64,000 nt of DNA from Squalus acanthias (lineage: Eukaryota). Both the position numbers and the translations under genes were made by a program. Location: the NCBI GenBank assembly GCA_030390025.1, contig CM059433.1:23126001-23190000 (forward strand). The letters are read 5' to 3'. Shown one piece after another: positions 13,003-25,883 of this stretch; position 1 is the stretch's first letter; each line of letters starts with the position of its first letter. Below the pieces are notes generated by a model. That model saw nothing but the letters and a program-made list of their open reading frames with translations. It ran no database searches and had not been told where the DNA came from.

Positions 13003-14652
13003 TGCACAAATGGTTAAAGACAACTGGAGAGAAATTTTGAAGACTCCTTTTAATATGAATATTTGAATTAAATTGCTAATATAAAATACCTTATAGTACT
13101 TGAACAACTTGTTTACAACTTTGTGTGGGTTTAAGGACAATATTTTTAGAAGATGTATGTGTTCACATGTCTCATTGATTTTTGGTGACACAAAATAAAT
13201 TATAAACACCACTCAACCATCAGTAAGACTGATGAATGTTTATGAAAGCTCCTTAAAATGCAGTCCGAGAATGTGTAATAAAGGATGGGAAGTATGATTA
13301 TATGGAAGGAGTCAGTGCGTTGTGTTCTGCAGGCTGAAAGTGCACAATCAATTTCTAGATGGTCAGCAGAATCCTAAAGGAAATCTTACACACAATCTGC
13401 GGAAACCCAGAGACCAATGGGTTAATAAACTACTAAGTGAAAAGCATTGAACCGTTTATCTTAACTCAAGCCAGCATTGTAAAAAAGTAAGGTGATCTTA
13501 ACTGTAAAAATTCAGGAGTAAAGAAAAATTCTTAACTACAGTGCAGGCTGATGCTGAATCCCAGAGCGAGAAGGCAAATGATATTTCCATAATTCCCATC
13601 CGTATTATCATAACTTCCTCATTAGTTGCCTCCTTTCAAAGCCAGGACATATGTACTTTGTCATGTGCTGCAAACATCAGTTTTATTTTTAATTTTTGCT
13701 TTTGTAAATTCTCAGAAATAAGGCCAAACAGTATGGAAGTGGTTACATAAATAGTGCTGAACAACGGCAATCTTATTTGCCACTGGATTTGATATGGGCA
13801 GCAGCTGCAGGGGTCAAAAAGCCACCGCCCTTCCAGCACACTCCCGCCATAACTCCGTCAGGAATGCACCATAAGGGCTGGAAATTAGTCAGGGACTCAG
13901 ATACGCTGGTTACTGGCTTTATATTGGTGATTCCACAGGGTCATGTAAGGAATGGAGCCCCCACCCGCCTCTTACAAAGTCAAAGCGAGGGTGGGGCAGG
14001 ATTGGGGTTGGGGGAATTCCTAATGCCAACAGTTCTCACATCTCTAGCCTCCCATTGGTTGGGTGCATCATCAGCAGCTGTACACCTGATGAGATCAGGC
14101 ACACTGACGCTAATTAGTAGCCGCGGGACTCACATGGCGGTCCAGGTTCAAGTTATTGCATAAGCTGAGGATCATCCAAGAGTCTTTACAAATTAGGCTC
14201 AAACAGGTTGATTATCAAGATAATAATGAAACAGTTCCTCCTTGCGTTCTTCATTCCTTCTTCAGGTTTCCAAATCAATGAAATACCTAGAATTCTTCAT
14301 AGGTACTTGTCTTTTTTTAAACCACCAGTTTTAGGGACATTTAAACTATAATATGAATCCTACTGATATGTTCTGATATCCAAGTGGACGAGAAGTATCT
14401 ACTCCAATCTCAGTTTAAAGAAGCTGGACATCTGATGCTGAAACTCACACATGTGCCTTCATCCCCTCCAGGACTGATTGCTCTTCTCAATGGTCTTTCA
14501 TTAACCATCCTCCATAAACTCCAGCTCATCTAAAACTGCTTCTCGAATCCTCCTCTGCATCAAGTCCTGTATGCCTATCACCCCAGTTCTTGCTGACTTA
14601 CATTAGCTCCTGATATCTCAATGTCCCACATTTCAAATTCTTGTCTTTAAAT

Positions 14653-14895
14653 GTTGTAATTTCTGGTTTGTTGCCGGTGCCACGTGCTAGCGAGTTGAGG
14701 AACAGGGAGAGAGTGCAGATAAACACGTGGCTGCAGGGATGGTGTAGGGGGGAGGGTTTCAGTTATGTGGATAATTGGAGCACATTCTGGGGAAGGTGGG
14801 ACCTGTACAAACAGGACGGTTTGCACCTGAACCAGAGGGGCACCAATATCCTGGGAGGGAAATTTGCTACGGCTCTTCGGGGGGGTTTAAACTAA
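14653..14895 (+). pseudogene. CR1 ORF1 C-terminal SGNH/GDSL esterase fragment
   Basis: VVISGLLPVPR...INTWLQGWCRGEGFSYVDNW...DGLHLN (DxxH block) typical of CR1 ORF1 esterase. Confidence 0.8.
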
Positions 14896-16824
14896 TTTGT
14901 CAGGGGGATGGGAAAAAGGGCTGTAGTCCACGAGCCAGTGGTGAGTGTAGGGAGGTACTGAGGAAGGTATCAAGGTCGCAGGAATGTACCGGCAGACAGG
15001 AAGATGGCTTGAAGTGTGTCTACTTCAATGCAAGGAGCATCCGGAATAAGGTAGGAGAACTTGGAGCGTGGATTGGTACTTGGGACTACGATGTGGTGGC
15101 CATTACGGAGACATGGTTAGAACAGGGACAGGAATGGTTGTTGGAAGTTCCGGGGTATAGATGTTTCAGTAAGAGTAGGGAAGTTGGTAAGAAAGGTGGA
15201 GGAGTAGCATTGTTAATCAAGGATAGTTTAACAGCGGCAGAAAGGCAGTTCGAGGGGGATCTGCCGTCTGAGGTAATATGGGCTGAAGTTAGAAATAGGA
15301 AAGGAGCGGTCACGTTGTTAGGAGTTTTCTACAAGCCCCCAAATAGTAATAAAGATGTGGAGGAAGAAATTGCAAAGCAGATTATGAATAGGTGTGGAGG
15401 TCACAGAGTAGTTGTCATGGGTGACTTCAACTTTCCAAATATTGATTGGAACCTTTATAGGTCAAACAGTTCGGATGGGATAGTTTTTGCACAGTGTGTG
15501 CAGGAGGGTTTCCTGACACAATATGTGGATAGGCCGACAAGAGGTGGGGCCACGTTGGATTTGGTACTGGGTAATGAACCGGGCCAAGTGTTTGATTTGT
15601 ATGTGGGAGAGCACTTTGGAGATAGTGACCACAATTCGGTAACTTTCACTATTGCAATGGAGAGGGATAGGGCCATACGGCAGGGCAGGGTTTATAATTG
15701 GGGGAGGGGTAATTATGATGCGATTAGGCAAGAATTAGGGAGTATAAGATGGGAACAGAAACTATCAGGGAAAGGCACAAACGAAAAGTGGAGCTTTTTC
15801 ATGGAGCAATTACTGCGTGTCCTTGATAGGTATGTCCCTGTCAGGCAGGGAGGAAATGGCCGAGTGAGAGAACCATGGTTCACAAAAGAGGTTGAATGTC
15901 TAGTCAAGAGGAAAAAGGAAGCGTATGTAAGGATGAGAAAACAAGGTTCAGTTGGGTCGATTGAGGGGTACAAGGTAGCAAGGAATGAGCTAAAAAAAGA
16001 GCTTAGGAGAGCTAGGAGGGGGCATGAGAAGTCCTTGGCGGGTCGGATCAAGAAAAACCCCAAGGCTTTTTATTCTTATGTGAGAAATAAAAGAATGACC
16101 AGGGTGAGGGTAGGGCCGGTCAAGGACAGTAGTGGGAACTTGTGCATGGAGTCAGAAGAGATAGGAGAGGTGATGAATGAATACTTTTCGTCAGTGTTCA
16201 CCGAGGAGAGGGGCCATGTTCTTGAGGATGAGAGTGTGATAAAGGTGGATAGGCTGGAGGTGGTAGATGTTCTGAGGGAAGATGTTTTAGCAATTTTGAA
16301 GAACCTGAGGGTCGATAAGTCCCCTGGGCCAGATGGGATATATCCTAGGATTCTTTGGGAGGCAAGGGAGGAGATTGCAGAGCCTCTGGCTTTGATATTT
16401 GGGTCCTCACTGTCCACGGGGATGGTGCCAGAGGACTGGAGAGTGGTGAATGTTGTTCCTCTCTTCAAGAAAGGAAATAGGAATGACCCTGGTAATTATA
16501 GGCCGGTTAGTCTTACTTCGGTGGTTGGTAAGATAATGGAAAAGGTCCTGAGGGATAGGATTTATGACCATTTGGAAAGGGGCACTTAATCAGGGAAAGT
16601 CAACACGGATTCGTGAAGGGTAAGTCTTGCCTAACAAATTTGATTGAATTCTTTGAGGAGGTAACTAAGTGTGTAGATGAAGGTAGAGCAGTTGATGTCG
16701 TATACATGGATTTTAGTAAGGCGTTTGATAAGGTTCCCCATGGTCGTCTCATGAAGAAAGTAAGGAGTTGTGGGATAGAGGGAAATTTGGCCGATTGGAT
16801 AAGTAACTGGCTATCTCATAGAAG

Positions 16825-17066
16825 TCATGATGCGGAGATGCCGGTGTTGGACTGGGGTGGACAAAATTGAGAGGTCGCACAACACCAGGTTATAGTCCAA
16901 CAGTTTTATTTGAAATCACAAGCTTTCGGAGCTATCGATTTGCTCCTTCCTCAGGTGAAGTAAATTTACTTCACCTGAGGAAGGAGCAAATCGATAGCTC
17001 CGAAAGCTTGTGATTTCAAATAAAACTGTTGGACTATAACCTGGTGTTGTGCGACCTCTCAATTTT
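16825..17066. mobile_element. Short palindromic Penelope-like (pLTR) insertion, family PLE-A
   Basis: 13-bp TSD TATCTCATAGAAG (16812-16824 / 17066-17078, sharing T17066); 38-bp unique tail then a perfect 204-bp palindrome 16863-17066; right arm matches the PLE 3' end at 28206-28290 except the ribozyme loop. Confidence 0.9.
16971..17013 (+). ncRNA. Minimal hammerhead ribozyme motif (mirror copy on minus strand at 16916-16958)
   Basis: TCAC CTGAGGA A GGAGC-loop-GCTCC GAAA GC TT GTGA: CUGANGA/GAAA core, stems I and II, palindromic AAGCTT at stem III as in PLE minimal HHRs. Confidence 0.75.
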
Positions 17067-18529
17067 ATCTCATAGAAGGCAGAGGGTGGTGGTGGATGGA
17101 ACATTTTCGGACTGGAGACCAGTTACCAGCAGTGTGCCACAGGGGTCGGTGCTGGGTCCTCTGCTGTTTGTGATTTTTATCAATGACTTGGAGGAGGGGA
17201 CTGAAGGGTGGATCAGTAAATTTGCTGATGACACCAAGATTGGTGGAGTAGTGGATGAGGTGGAGGGCAGTTGTAGGCTGCAAAGAGACATTGATAGGAT
17301 GCAGAGCTGGGCCGAAAAATGGCAGATGGAATTTAACCCTGATAAGTGCGAGGTGATTCATTTTGGTAGGGCAAATTTGAATAAGGATTACAGGGTCAAC
17401 GGCAGGGTTCTGAGGAACGTGGAGGAGCAGAGGGATCTGGGGGTTCATATCCACAGATCTCTGAAGGTTGCCACTCAAGTGGGTAGAGCAGTAAAGAAGG
17501 CCTATGGTGTGTTGGCGTTTATTAACAGAGGGTTTGAGTTTAAGAACCGTGAGGTTATGCTGCAACTGTACAGGACCTTGGTGAGACCACATTTGGAATA
17601 TTGTGTGCAGTTCTGGTCACCTCACTATAGGAAGGACGTGGAAGCATTGGAAAGAGTGCAAAGGAGATTTACCAGGATGCTGCCTGGTTTGGGGGGGAGG
17701 TCTTATGAGGAAAGATTGAGGGAGTTGGGGCTTTTCTCTTTAGAGAGGAGGAGGATGAGAGGCGACTTAATAGAGGTTTATAAGATGATGAGGGGGATAG
17801 ATAGAGTGGATGTTCAGAGACTATTTCCTCGGGTAGAGGCAGCTGTTACAAGGGGGCATAACTATAAGGTGCATGGGGGGAGATATAGAAGGGATGTTCG
17901 AGGTAGATTCTTTACTCAGAGAGTGGTTGGGGTGTGGAATGGACTGCCTGCTGTGATAGTGGAGTCGGACACTTTAGGAATTTTCAAGCGGTTATTGGAT
18001 AAGCACATGGAGCACACCAGAGTGATAGGGAGTGTGATAGCTTGATCTTGGTCTCGGACAATGCTCGGCACAACATCGAGGGCCGAAGGGCCTGTACTGT
18101 GCTGTACTGTTCTATGTTCTATGTTCTATGTTCTAAATCCTTTCATGGCTTTGCACCCTCCCTCCCTATCTATGCAACCTCCATGAGCCCTATCGCCTCC
18201 CTTACCCTGCCCCAACCAATTCTAGTTTCTCTGACTCTGGACTCTTGTGCATGTCCCCGTCTTTCGACTCATCATTGGCAGGTGTGCCTACAACTACCTA
18301 GGTCCCACTCTCTGGAATTCCCTCCTTAAATGCCTCTTTCACTCCACCTCCCTCTCCTACTCTGATCCAGCTATTGCTGACCCCGCAAGTCTGTTCTTCT
18401 TTGGCTTGGCGTCCATTTTCCTCATGCCTTTTTGAAGCCCAGAAGGATGTTTTTCCATGTTGAAAGTGGTATCTAGATGCAAGTTGTTTTTGCTGTGTGG
18501 GGCAGTTAGCGATTTCCATCAGGAAGTAC

Positions 18530-19530
18530 TGGATGAAGCTTATTGTGTGAGCAATGAGGATAACGTGCAGGTGAAACTGGAGAAGCTGCAACCTGCTGGC
18601 TGGAGGGGCTGCTGAGCCCAAGAATTTAGATCACACAGGGCTTGCACCCCTCCCTGCGACTTGGATGTCGGCAGCCACTCTGTGTCCTCTTCACTCCTGT
18701 TCCAGATGGGACACGGACTGGCAGCATTTAACTGAGGCCCAGCAGTTAATTCACCATGGCCTCCTGCTGCATCTGCCTGGCGTTCTCCAGAACGCTTACC
18801 TATCAGAAAACCGCTCAGAGTGTAAATCCACCCCACAGTTTTCACATGCAGGTGTCTTGGGACGTGTCCTGGTGTGAAAAGCCTGGCCCTATAAACACAG
18901 ATGATGACATAAGGATGGGTCTTAATCTGAGTTTCTAAAGTTCCAAATGCATTGTCGGCATTCCTCCCGTGGTCCCCCTCCTCTTCCTCCGTCGGAACCT
19001 CAAAGGGAGGTGTGTCCACAGGGATACCCATAGCTCCTCTCAAGCAGTACACAAAGAGCGATTATGGGCAAATAGGCACAGTTGACAGATTCCGTACAGC
19101 TTTAAGAAATCTCATTCAGGCTCCAAGAAGTTTCACAACTTTTCTTTCTCCCACAACAGCAATACAGCAGAGAAGAAGTGAATGGTAAACAGCTGCACAA
19201 AAAAATAACAACATGCCTTTAAGAAAAAAGGACACAACTGAAGGGAAGGGGGCTGCCCCACGGGTGGGCTATATCCATTTTATGTAGACGCTGACCACAT
19301 GAAGCACTTTTCAGGCACACCAAACACATTATCAGAATATTCCCTCATTCCCATTCAAGTCAAGACCCTTAATGAGCCCAGCGCACAAGTTGTGAGTGGG
19401 CTCCAAGTTCCTCGGGCACCCTCAGGCTGGACGAATGCACACTGGGAACTTAGAAGGCTTCAGGTCTCAAAGGCCTAATACATGGTGAGCCAGCATTAGA
19501 TACACCGATGCGCATACAACTATTGTTGGC
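18530..19530 (-). mobile_element. Highly decayed Harbinger-like remnant
   Basis: Weak resemblance to transposase motifs (PY...VYRAR; RYPHCSHN vs RYPGSNHD); GGCCC end near 19530. Confidence 0.3.
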
Positions 19531-21496
19531 CCATAGTACAAAGAAATGTTATTGAGAGGCAAGTTGGACTTTTCAGATGTGAATAATATGAAAGAAAAAA
19601 ATCATTATAAATTCAAACAGTGCTTCACGTCCCTACACTAGCAAAATAAATTTAGGAGAATGATGTAACAGAAGAAGATTTTTCTCAAGGCCAGTTAATG
19701 TTGGAAAGTAAGTGCCGATTTTACATGACTAGATGAAACGTTACAAGCATAGCAATCTTTTTATATATGCTGGGGATGAAGTGGAAAGATTATAGAAGAG
19801 ACAAAAATCCAAGCTTGAGTTTTCCAGATATCAAAGAAATTAACGACTTCAAAGAAGACAGATAGAAACTGTAAAAATAAATGGCAGAAAATGGTAATTG
19901 CTCTTTGTAGAAGAGGGCGAAAGGTTATCACAGCTGAGGTTACTAATACCACTGCAGCAATTTGAGAAATTGATACTGAAGTAGACTTAAATCTTGCTGG
20001 GACTAACCATGGTTGATTTTTTTGCCCAGCATATTTCTACTGCCAGCAACCCTTGTGTGAAATCGAGTGGCTGGCAGTTCTGCCTGGGCTCACTGAAAGC
20101 CTGCCTCATCAGGGGGTTCTCCACGGGAACTATACCCCGGTGTTCTTGACTCCCATTCACTGTTAATGGGAGCCTAAACAAGTATGAACTGAGTGTGCTA
20201 ATGAAGCACTTCTTTGTTTTTTCATTGCGGCAGACTGCAACTTCCACCCATGAAAGCCAGTCATTAAAGGCAAGGGGCACAAAATTCCTCAGGGCCGTTG
20301 ATGATATGGCGACGCAAGTCGGGAGGTGGGAGGCTCAGCGATTCCAAAATGGGGAAACATCCACTGTCAGATGTCAGCGAGTTACTCCCACAGCACAACT
20401 TAACACAGACCGCTTTACAATCCTGGAATCTTCCATAATGAATTGTAACTGAAATCATTTGCAGCCAGACTCAGGGAAGTGAGACGATAATTCTCACCAC
20501 TTTCATTTGTAACTCTGAGGTTATTTAATCACTACTGCAAGTCACTTCAGAGTAATTTACTCTTTGCAATCACTTTTTCCACTTCAACTACTCGACCATC
20601 ACACAAGGTACAAGACAATTTCAGTCTTTTCAAATCATAACCTCTCCAAGCTGAAGGAGCAATGTGTTGATCATCAGCATCAGTTACTATAGTAAATCCT
20701 TACAATTACAGAACACTGCAAATGTATCATTATTTATCATACATCATCGAGTCTTGCCTTTATATATAATGTGAACATGGTACAAATGAATCCGCATCAT
20801 ATATTTCCTATGGCTTGGATTTTCCTTGGCCCACTGGAAGGGGCTGGGGCAGAACTTCCACCCGTCATACTGACCTGACCCAGTTTCCTGGCAGACAATC
20901 ATGTAAAATTGGCCAGGGAGGCGTACCACCGCATCCCGACCTAAAGTTTTCTCGCCCCAGTTTCTTCGGGGCTCATCAGCTATGTAGGGCGAGCTGTTGG
21001 CAGGATGCCCGGCACCAAGAGAAAGCGCACCACTGTCGAGGAGCAAGACGTGATAATGCTGCAGCAGAACACCTGAAGAGGAGAGAGCCCATTTAAAAGG
21101 AAGCAGACAGGCCCACAGAAGTGAAACTAAAGTGGACCAAATCCTAAAAAAAGGGAAGTTTGTTGGGCCAGAGCACAAGAAGAGGTGCCCACTACTATAC
21201 CCTATCTCTCCAAAAGGGGCTCCGCAGCAGGGTTTCTGAAGCAGGTATACCAGATGCCTGTATTCTAAGTCATTTGTCACTTGGAGCTAGTAGCGAGCAG
21301 GAAATTCTTTGGGAGCTGCTCCACTATTGGTACAGGATTATCTCTTACATGATCAAGTTCAACACTATGTTCGTAAACATGCCTTTCTGTTGATATTTTC
21401 ATTCTGCCTCTAGTGTTTCCAGTCAGCACATCTGCATTGATGAAATGTTTGTCCCTTGCGAGGGGCGAGGGGCTAATTTCCTGCTTGCTGATATGC

Positions 21497-21698
21497 TAAA
21501 TTAAATGTTTTTTATTCATTCTCAGGATGTGGGCATCGCTAGCAAAGCCGGTATTTATTGCCCATCCCGAGTTGGCCTTGAGAAGATGGTGCCGAGCCTT
21601 CATCTTGAACCACTGCAGTCCATGTGGTGAAGGTACTCCCACAATTCTATTAGGTCGGGAATTCCAGGATTCTGAAACAGTGACGATGAAGGGAAATA
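21497..21698 (-). mobile_element. Short 3' end of the 2081-4652 LINE family
   Basis: SWNSRPNRIVGVPSPHGLQWFK...HHLLK, homologous to 2100-2270. Confidence 0.8.
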
Positions 21699-22153
21699 AC
21701 AACAGAAAACGCTGGAAAAACTCAGCAGGCCAGGCAGCATCCGTGGAGAGAGAAACAGAGTTAACGTTTCAGGTCGAAGACCTTTTGTCAGAACTGGAAA
21801 AAAGCAGGAAATGAAATAGATTTAAAGCAAGGATAAAGCTGGGAAAAGGGGGAGGGGATGAAAGAACAAAAGGAGAGATTAAGAGACATTGAGAGACATT
21901 AAGAGATGATCAAGGCAAGAGGAGGTGTTAATGTGACAGGTTGAGGCTAAATGAAGTGTGAAATGCACTGGCAGAATGAAGGACAGCTGCCAGCTTCTGG
22001 GAGGGAAAAAAAAGGGGGGGCCAAACAAAAGGGTGGATGAAAAAATAAAACATAAATGTGATAGGGGCTGAGGTTATGATCTAAAATTGTTGAACTCGAT
22101 GTTGAGTCCAGAGGGCTGTAGGGTGCCTAAACGAAAGATAAGGTGCTGTTCCT
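21699..22153 (-). mobile_element. 5'-truncated Penelope-like element, family PLE-B
   Basis: 15-bp TSD CGATGAAGGGAAATA (21684-21698 / 22154-22168); EEQHLIFRLGTLQPSGLNIEFNNF GIY-YIG C-terminus; decayed hammerhead at 21759-21795. Confidence 0.85.
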
Positions 22154-23024
22154 CGATGAAGGGAAATATGATCATCACTGCTTTGTTGTGATTGGTCCAA
22201 AACTGTTTACAACATTGATGAATAATGAAAATCACTGGGATTCTAAGAGGAACCTTCTGCATTCCTAACTGGTGCCAATCCTTCACATTTGATGATAAGT
22301 AGGTCTATTAGTGGTCCAATTTATGAAATACAATATTTTATCTCATAAAACAGTTATTCGCAATGAAAGGCAGTTATTGTAGTGAAATGTTATTGGGTTG
22401 AAACCATGACATGTTATCTTAGTGTATGAATACTTAGTTCATGCACATGAAATTCCTTTGATCGCTATTTTAATGGAGGCATTAATCCGTGTCAGAACAA
22501 TGCTCTCACATTACATAAATATTTCAATGAAGCACCTGCCTACTTCAAGCTGGAATTTTTTCCGCCCACCTGAAATGCACAGCATGAGCAAATGGAACAG
22601 ATATGGGTCTCATCTTAATGCCCCTAAAATTGGTACATATGGGGCATGGAGATGAGAACATTTGGCGTGCTTCTGAGGAAGCAGCCAACATTTCAGTTAG
22701 TCAGGCATTCACATATCTCAGTGGTGGTGTCAGTTCTGCTGTCCTAGCTTGCTTTGGGAATAGCAGCCTCCATATACAATAATCATTTGCCAAAGCACAG
22801 TATGTCCATCTCTGTCTACATATGCCTATCTTTTGGTAGACTCAGAGGTCAGGCATCCCTCTTGCGAAGCCTGGCCTGCTGAGCATCTCTTTATTGGCCC
22901 TCCTCTTCTTCCAAACATCTGAGAATTGGAAAACCCATTGGTGTCAGTAATGGTGCTGGTCAGCAAAATAAAATGAAAACATATGGCACCAAGGTTCATA
23001 AGAACTTTCCCTTTGCCTTACTTT

Positions 23025-23488
23025 GTCAGCTGTGGCTCAGTTGGTAGCACCTTTGCCTCTGAGTCAGAAGGTTGTGGGTTCAAGTCCCACTCCAGAGACT
23101 TGAGCACAAAAATCTAGGCTGACACTGCAGTGCTGAGGGAGTGCTGCACTGTTGGAGGTGCTGTCTTTTGGGTGAGACGTTAAACCGAGGCCCTGTCCGC
23201 TCTCTCAGGTGGACGTAAAAGATCCCATGGCACTATTTTGAAGAAGAGCAGGGGAGTTATTCCCTGGTGTCCTGGCCAATATTTATCCCTCAATCAACAT
23301 AACAAAAACAGATTATCTGGTCATTATCACATTGCTGTTTGTGAGAGCTTGCTGTGCACAAATTGGCTGCTGCGTTTCCCACATTACAACAGTGACTCCA
23401 CTTCAAAAAGTGCTTCATTGGCTGTAAAGCGCTTTGGGACATCCGGGTGGTCGTGAAAGGCGCTGTATAAATGTAAGTCCTTTTTTTT
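23025..23488 (+). mobile_element. Full-length Deu-domain tRNA SINE (SacSINE1-like)
   Basis: Pol III A box TGGCTCAGTTGG, B box GGTTCAAGTCC, Deu-like core, 3' tail shared with L2 (AAGCGCTTTGGGAC...AAAGGCGCT..ATAAAT). Confidence 0.9.
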
Positions 23489-24098
23489 ATATAAATGAAC
23501 TTCCATTGATTTCCCTGTCTTTAGCAATCATGGACACAGTGTTGGCAAGTACGATCAATGGAAAATTGTGTGCAGAATGTCTCCACCCAGATTTTAATAT
23601 TTAAATAAGTCTCCCACATCTTTCAGGTGTGAGCTTCTTGGACCTTTCCCCAGGCCCACCAAAAATACATGTCACATTCAAACAAGACGAAGCCACCCAC
23701 TTTTTACGATTATTATGCTTCATGAACAGGCATGTGTGAAGCGTAGCAGACTCAAAAATAACCCCCTATGTGTTTTCAGTGTCAGTAAATTTGGCCTTAT
23801 TGCCCGAAGACTTATAATAAAAATTAGCTTTCCTCTTATTTTAATGATGATGTAATTATACAGCCATCTGAAGACACGAACAGTGATGTTAGGGAATAAC
23901 TAATATGGTATTCTAGTAGCCTGATCCCAGAAATGTGAATATCTTTTATCTTATGTTTCAGAATAAAATTCTCTACTGGAAATATTTTTTTCTTGCCATG
24001 GAGAATTAATTGAAAGAAAAGTAAAATGATGATTTGTGATAGAATTTAAAACCCTATTAGACTATTGCCAAGATAAAAGCCAATACCTCTTTTGACAT

Positions 24099-24241
24099 AC
24101 AAAAAGAAAATACTGCAGATGCTGGAAATCTGAAATAAAAACAGAAAATGCTGGAGATACTCAGCAGGTCAGGCAGCATCTGTGAAGAGAGAAACAGAGT
24201 TAACCTTTCAGGTCGATGACCTTTCGTCACAACTGGAAAAA
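24099..24241 (-). mobile_element. PLE-B solo pLTR mini-element
   Basis: 14-bp TSD ACCTCTTTTGACAT (24085-24098 / 24242-24255); homologous to 21699-21800; hammerhead core mutated (GTGACGA). Confidence 0.85.
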
Positions 24242-24961
24242 ACCTCTTTTGACATGCACAGTATAGAATGTAAATCTATTTATAGTTTCAAACAAGAAAG
24301 GGTATAAAAGTTGCTGTGATTTGTCCTTTTGGATTGTGTTTCTCAAATAGTCTCAATCTCATTATGGTTGAGAGTGTTATTGAGGGATGGATGAAAGGTC
24401 TAAATAATTAGAGGAATATATATAGGGAAGATTTCCTTTATGCAATGCTTGTGGGTTTAATAGGTAACGGTGGAAGGTGAGAGAATTCTATTGGGAAGCA
24501 AAGCAAATGGCATAACTGCAGAAGTGCAAGAAGTGAGATAAATGAAATTGGATACAAGCTGAAAAAGAACATTTTTTAGCACTAACATCTCTCACCTCAG
24601 TGAACACAAATTACACTAGAAAAAGGGAGAGAAATGGTAAGAATTTGTTTTTTGGCTCACATCAAAATAGCTCCACAGTTCTTGAGCAGTATGTTGCCTG
24701 GGTGAAAACTGCAAATATTATTAATGCACAGATTCAAAGATTAAAAGAGATAGGGTTATATTGGGGCAAAGAGGACTGCCAAGGACAAGATTGCTGTCAT
24801 TGGGTAATCTGGATATATGACTGGTGGGAAATCCCAATCCCAATCTTTGATTTATGTGGAGGAAGAGGTGAGTGAAAAAGCTCTTTTGTCTGGAGTCCAC
24901 AGAGGAGAAGAGCTGGGAATTGAACTGCAAAGCCCCCATTATTTTAAAGGATCTAATGTGC

Positions 24962-25222
24962 TTAGATACATAGAATAGTACAGCACAGAAGGAGGCCATT
25001 CGGCCCATCAAGTCTGCACTGGCTCTTTCGAAGAGCAATCCAGTTAGTCCCACTCCGCCACTCTTTCTCCATATCCCTGCAATTTTTTCTCCTTCAAATA
25101 TTTATCCAATTCCCTTTTGAAGTTTACTATTGAATCTGTTTCCACCACCCTATCAGGCAGTGCATTCCAAATCTTAACCACTTATTGCGTAAAACGTTTT
25201 TCCTCAAGTCACTGCTGGTTCT
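24962..25222 (-). mobile_element. CR1 3' end
   Basis: Reverse complement of the CR1 terminus at 60840-61090. Confidence 0.85.
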
Positions 25223-25883
25223 GAGGTTGAGGTTGGAGAATTGCTCCCTGAACACCCTGGGTGGACATGGCCTCCTGCTGAGAGCCCTTCTCCCCCTCCT
25301 CCTCCTCCCTCTTCTAGCAGCTTGTCCTGCTCTGTGTCACCTCTGCTCATTCTCCCCGTCATGCTGCAGGACAAGGGGAATACAAACTATTGCACCCATG
25401 TCTGGGAGCAACTGGTCTGAGCAGACCCCTTGCAAGTCAGTACCAAGTCCTTGAGCACGTGCCACACCACTCCTTGTAGACGTTAGACAACTTTAGAGAA
25501 GTCTAGAAAGCACCAAACACTTCTACAAACTCAGCAACAGCTAGAAGAAATCAATCAGCAACTAACCTGTAAGTAGATCCCTTTAAATAGCGCTGGTGGG
25601 GGGGGGTCCTTCCTGCTGCTGAACAAATGTTCAGCTGTCTGAGGTTAAGAGAGGGCATTAGCTCCAGCATTGAGGTTGAAAATGGCAGTGCTGGCGTCAA
25701 ATTCTGCGCACTCTGCATACGTACAGCGCACGCTCCCAGCGCTGACGCGAACGCCCTCGCCACAACGCCGTCTGAAGCAGCCCGCACCAGTAGTGTGCGC
25801 GCGCTGCTCGGATGCCACTTTTGACCCAAAACGGCACCTGTAGCGCCCAAACAACGGGCATTATGCAACTGAATTTTTAGCCC
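25223..25883 (-). mobile_element. Harbinger left-end fragment with transposase N-terminus
   Basis: Minus strand encodes RALSRRPCPPRVFREQFS (compare 43700-43760); TIR GGGCTAAAAATTC at 25883 flanked by AAT; homologous to 59430-60099. Confidence 0.7.

Larger units (their letters stand above)
14775..18045 (+). pseudogene. CR1 ORF2 (APE endonuclease + reverse transcriptase), disrupted by a frameshift near 16585 and a PLE insertion at 16825-17066
   Basis: [73 protein letters not shown]; the true start lies somewhere upstream of LKCVYFN. Confidence 0.9.
14653..18133 (+). mobile_element. Long young CR1 LINE (5'-truncated within ORF1)
   Basis: ORF1 esterase remnant + APE + RT + 3'UTR hairpin GGGCCGAAGGGCCT + (TGTTCTA)n tail; probable TAAAT TSD. 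Confidence 0.95.
14490..18490 (+). mobile_element. Old L2 3' fragment interrupted by the long CR1 (pieces 14490-14652 and 18133-18490)
   Basis: Degenerate L2 C-terminal DNA (CCATAAACTCCAGCTCATC...CCCCAGTTCTTGCTGACTTACATT) resumes after the CR1 tail with AAATCCTTTCATGGCTTTGCACCC; TAAAT at both junctions. Confidence 0.65.

Noticed and set aside
16863-17066. Assembly fold-back artefact as the explanation for the palindrome
   Set aside because: A clean 13-bp TSD, an asymmetric tail and the same 5' junction at 40801 argue for a real insertion; read-level confirmation is still needed
15086-17592. Long antisense ORFs over CR1 and similar short ORFs across the track
   Set aside because: Shadow frames of TE coding sequence or chance ORFs in SINEs and MITEs
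23025-23095. tRNA genes (also 7830-7898, 26432-26500, 33303-33370, 51905-51982)
   Set aside because: A/B boxes are SINE heads continuous with SINE bodies; no complete cloverleaf or terminator
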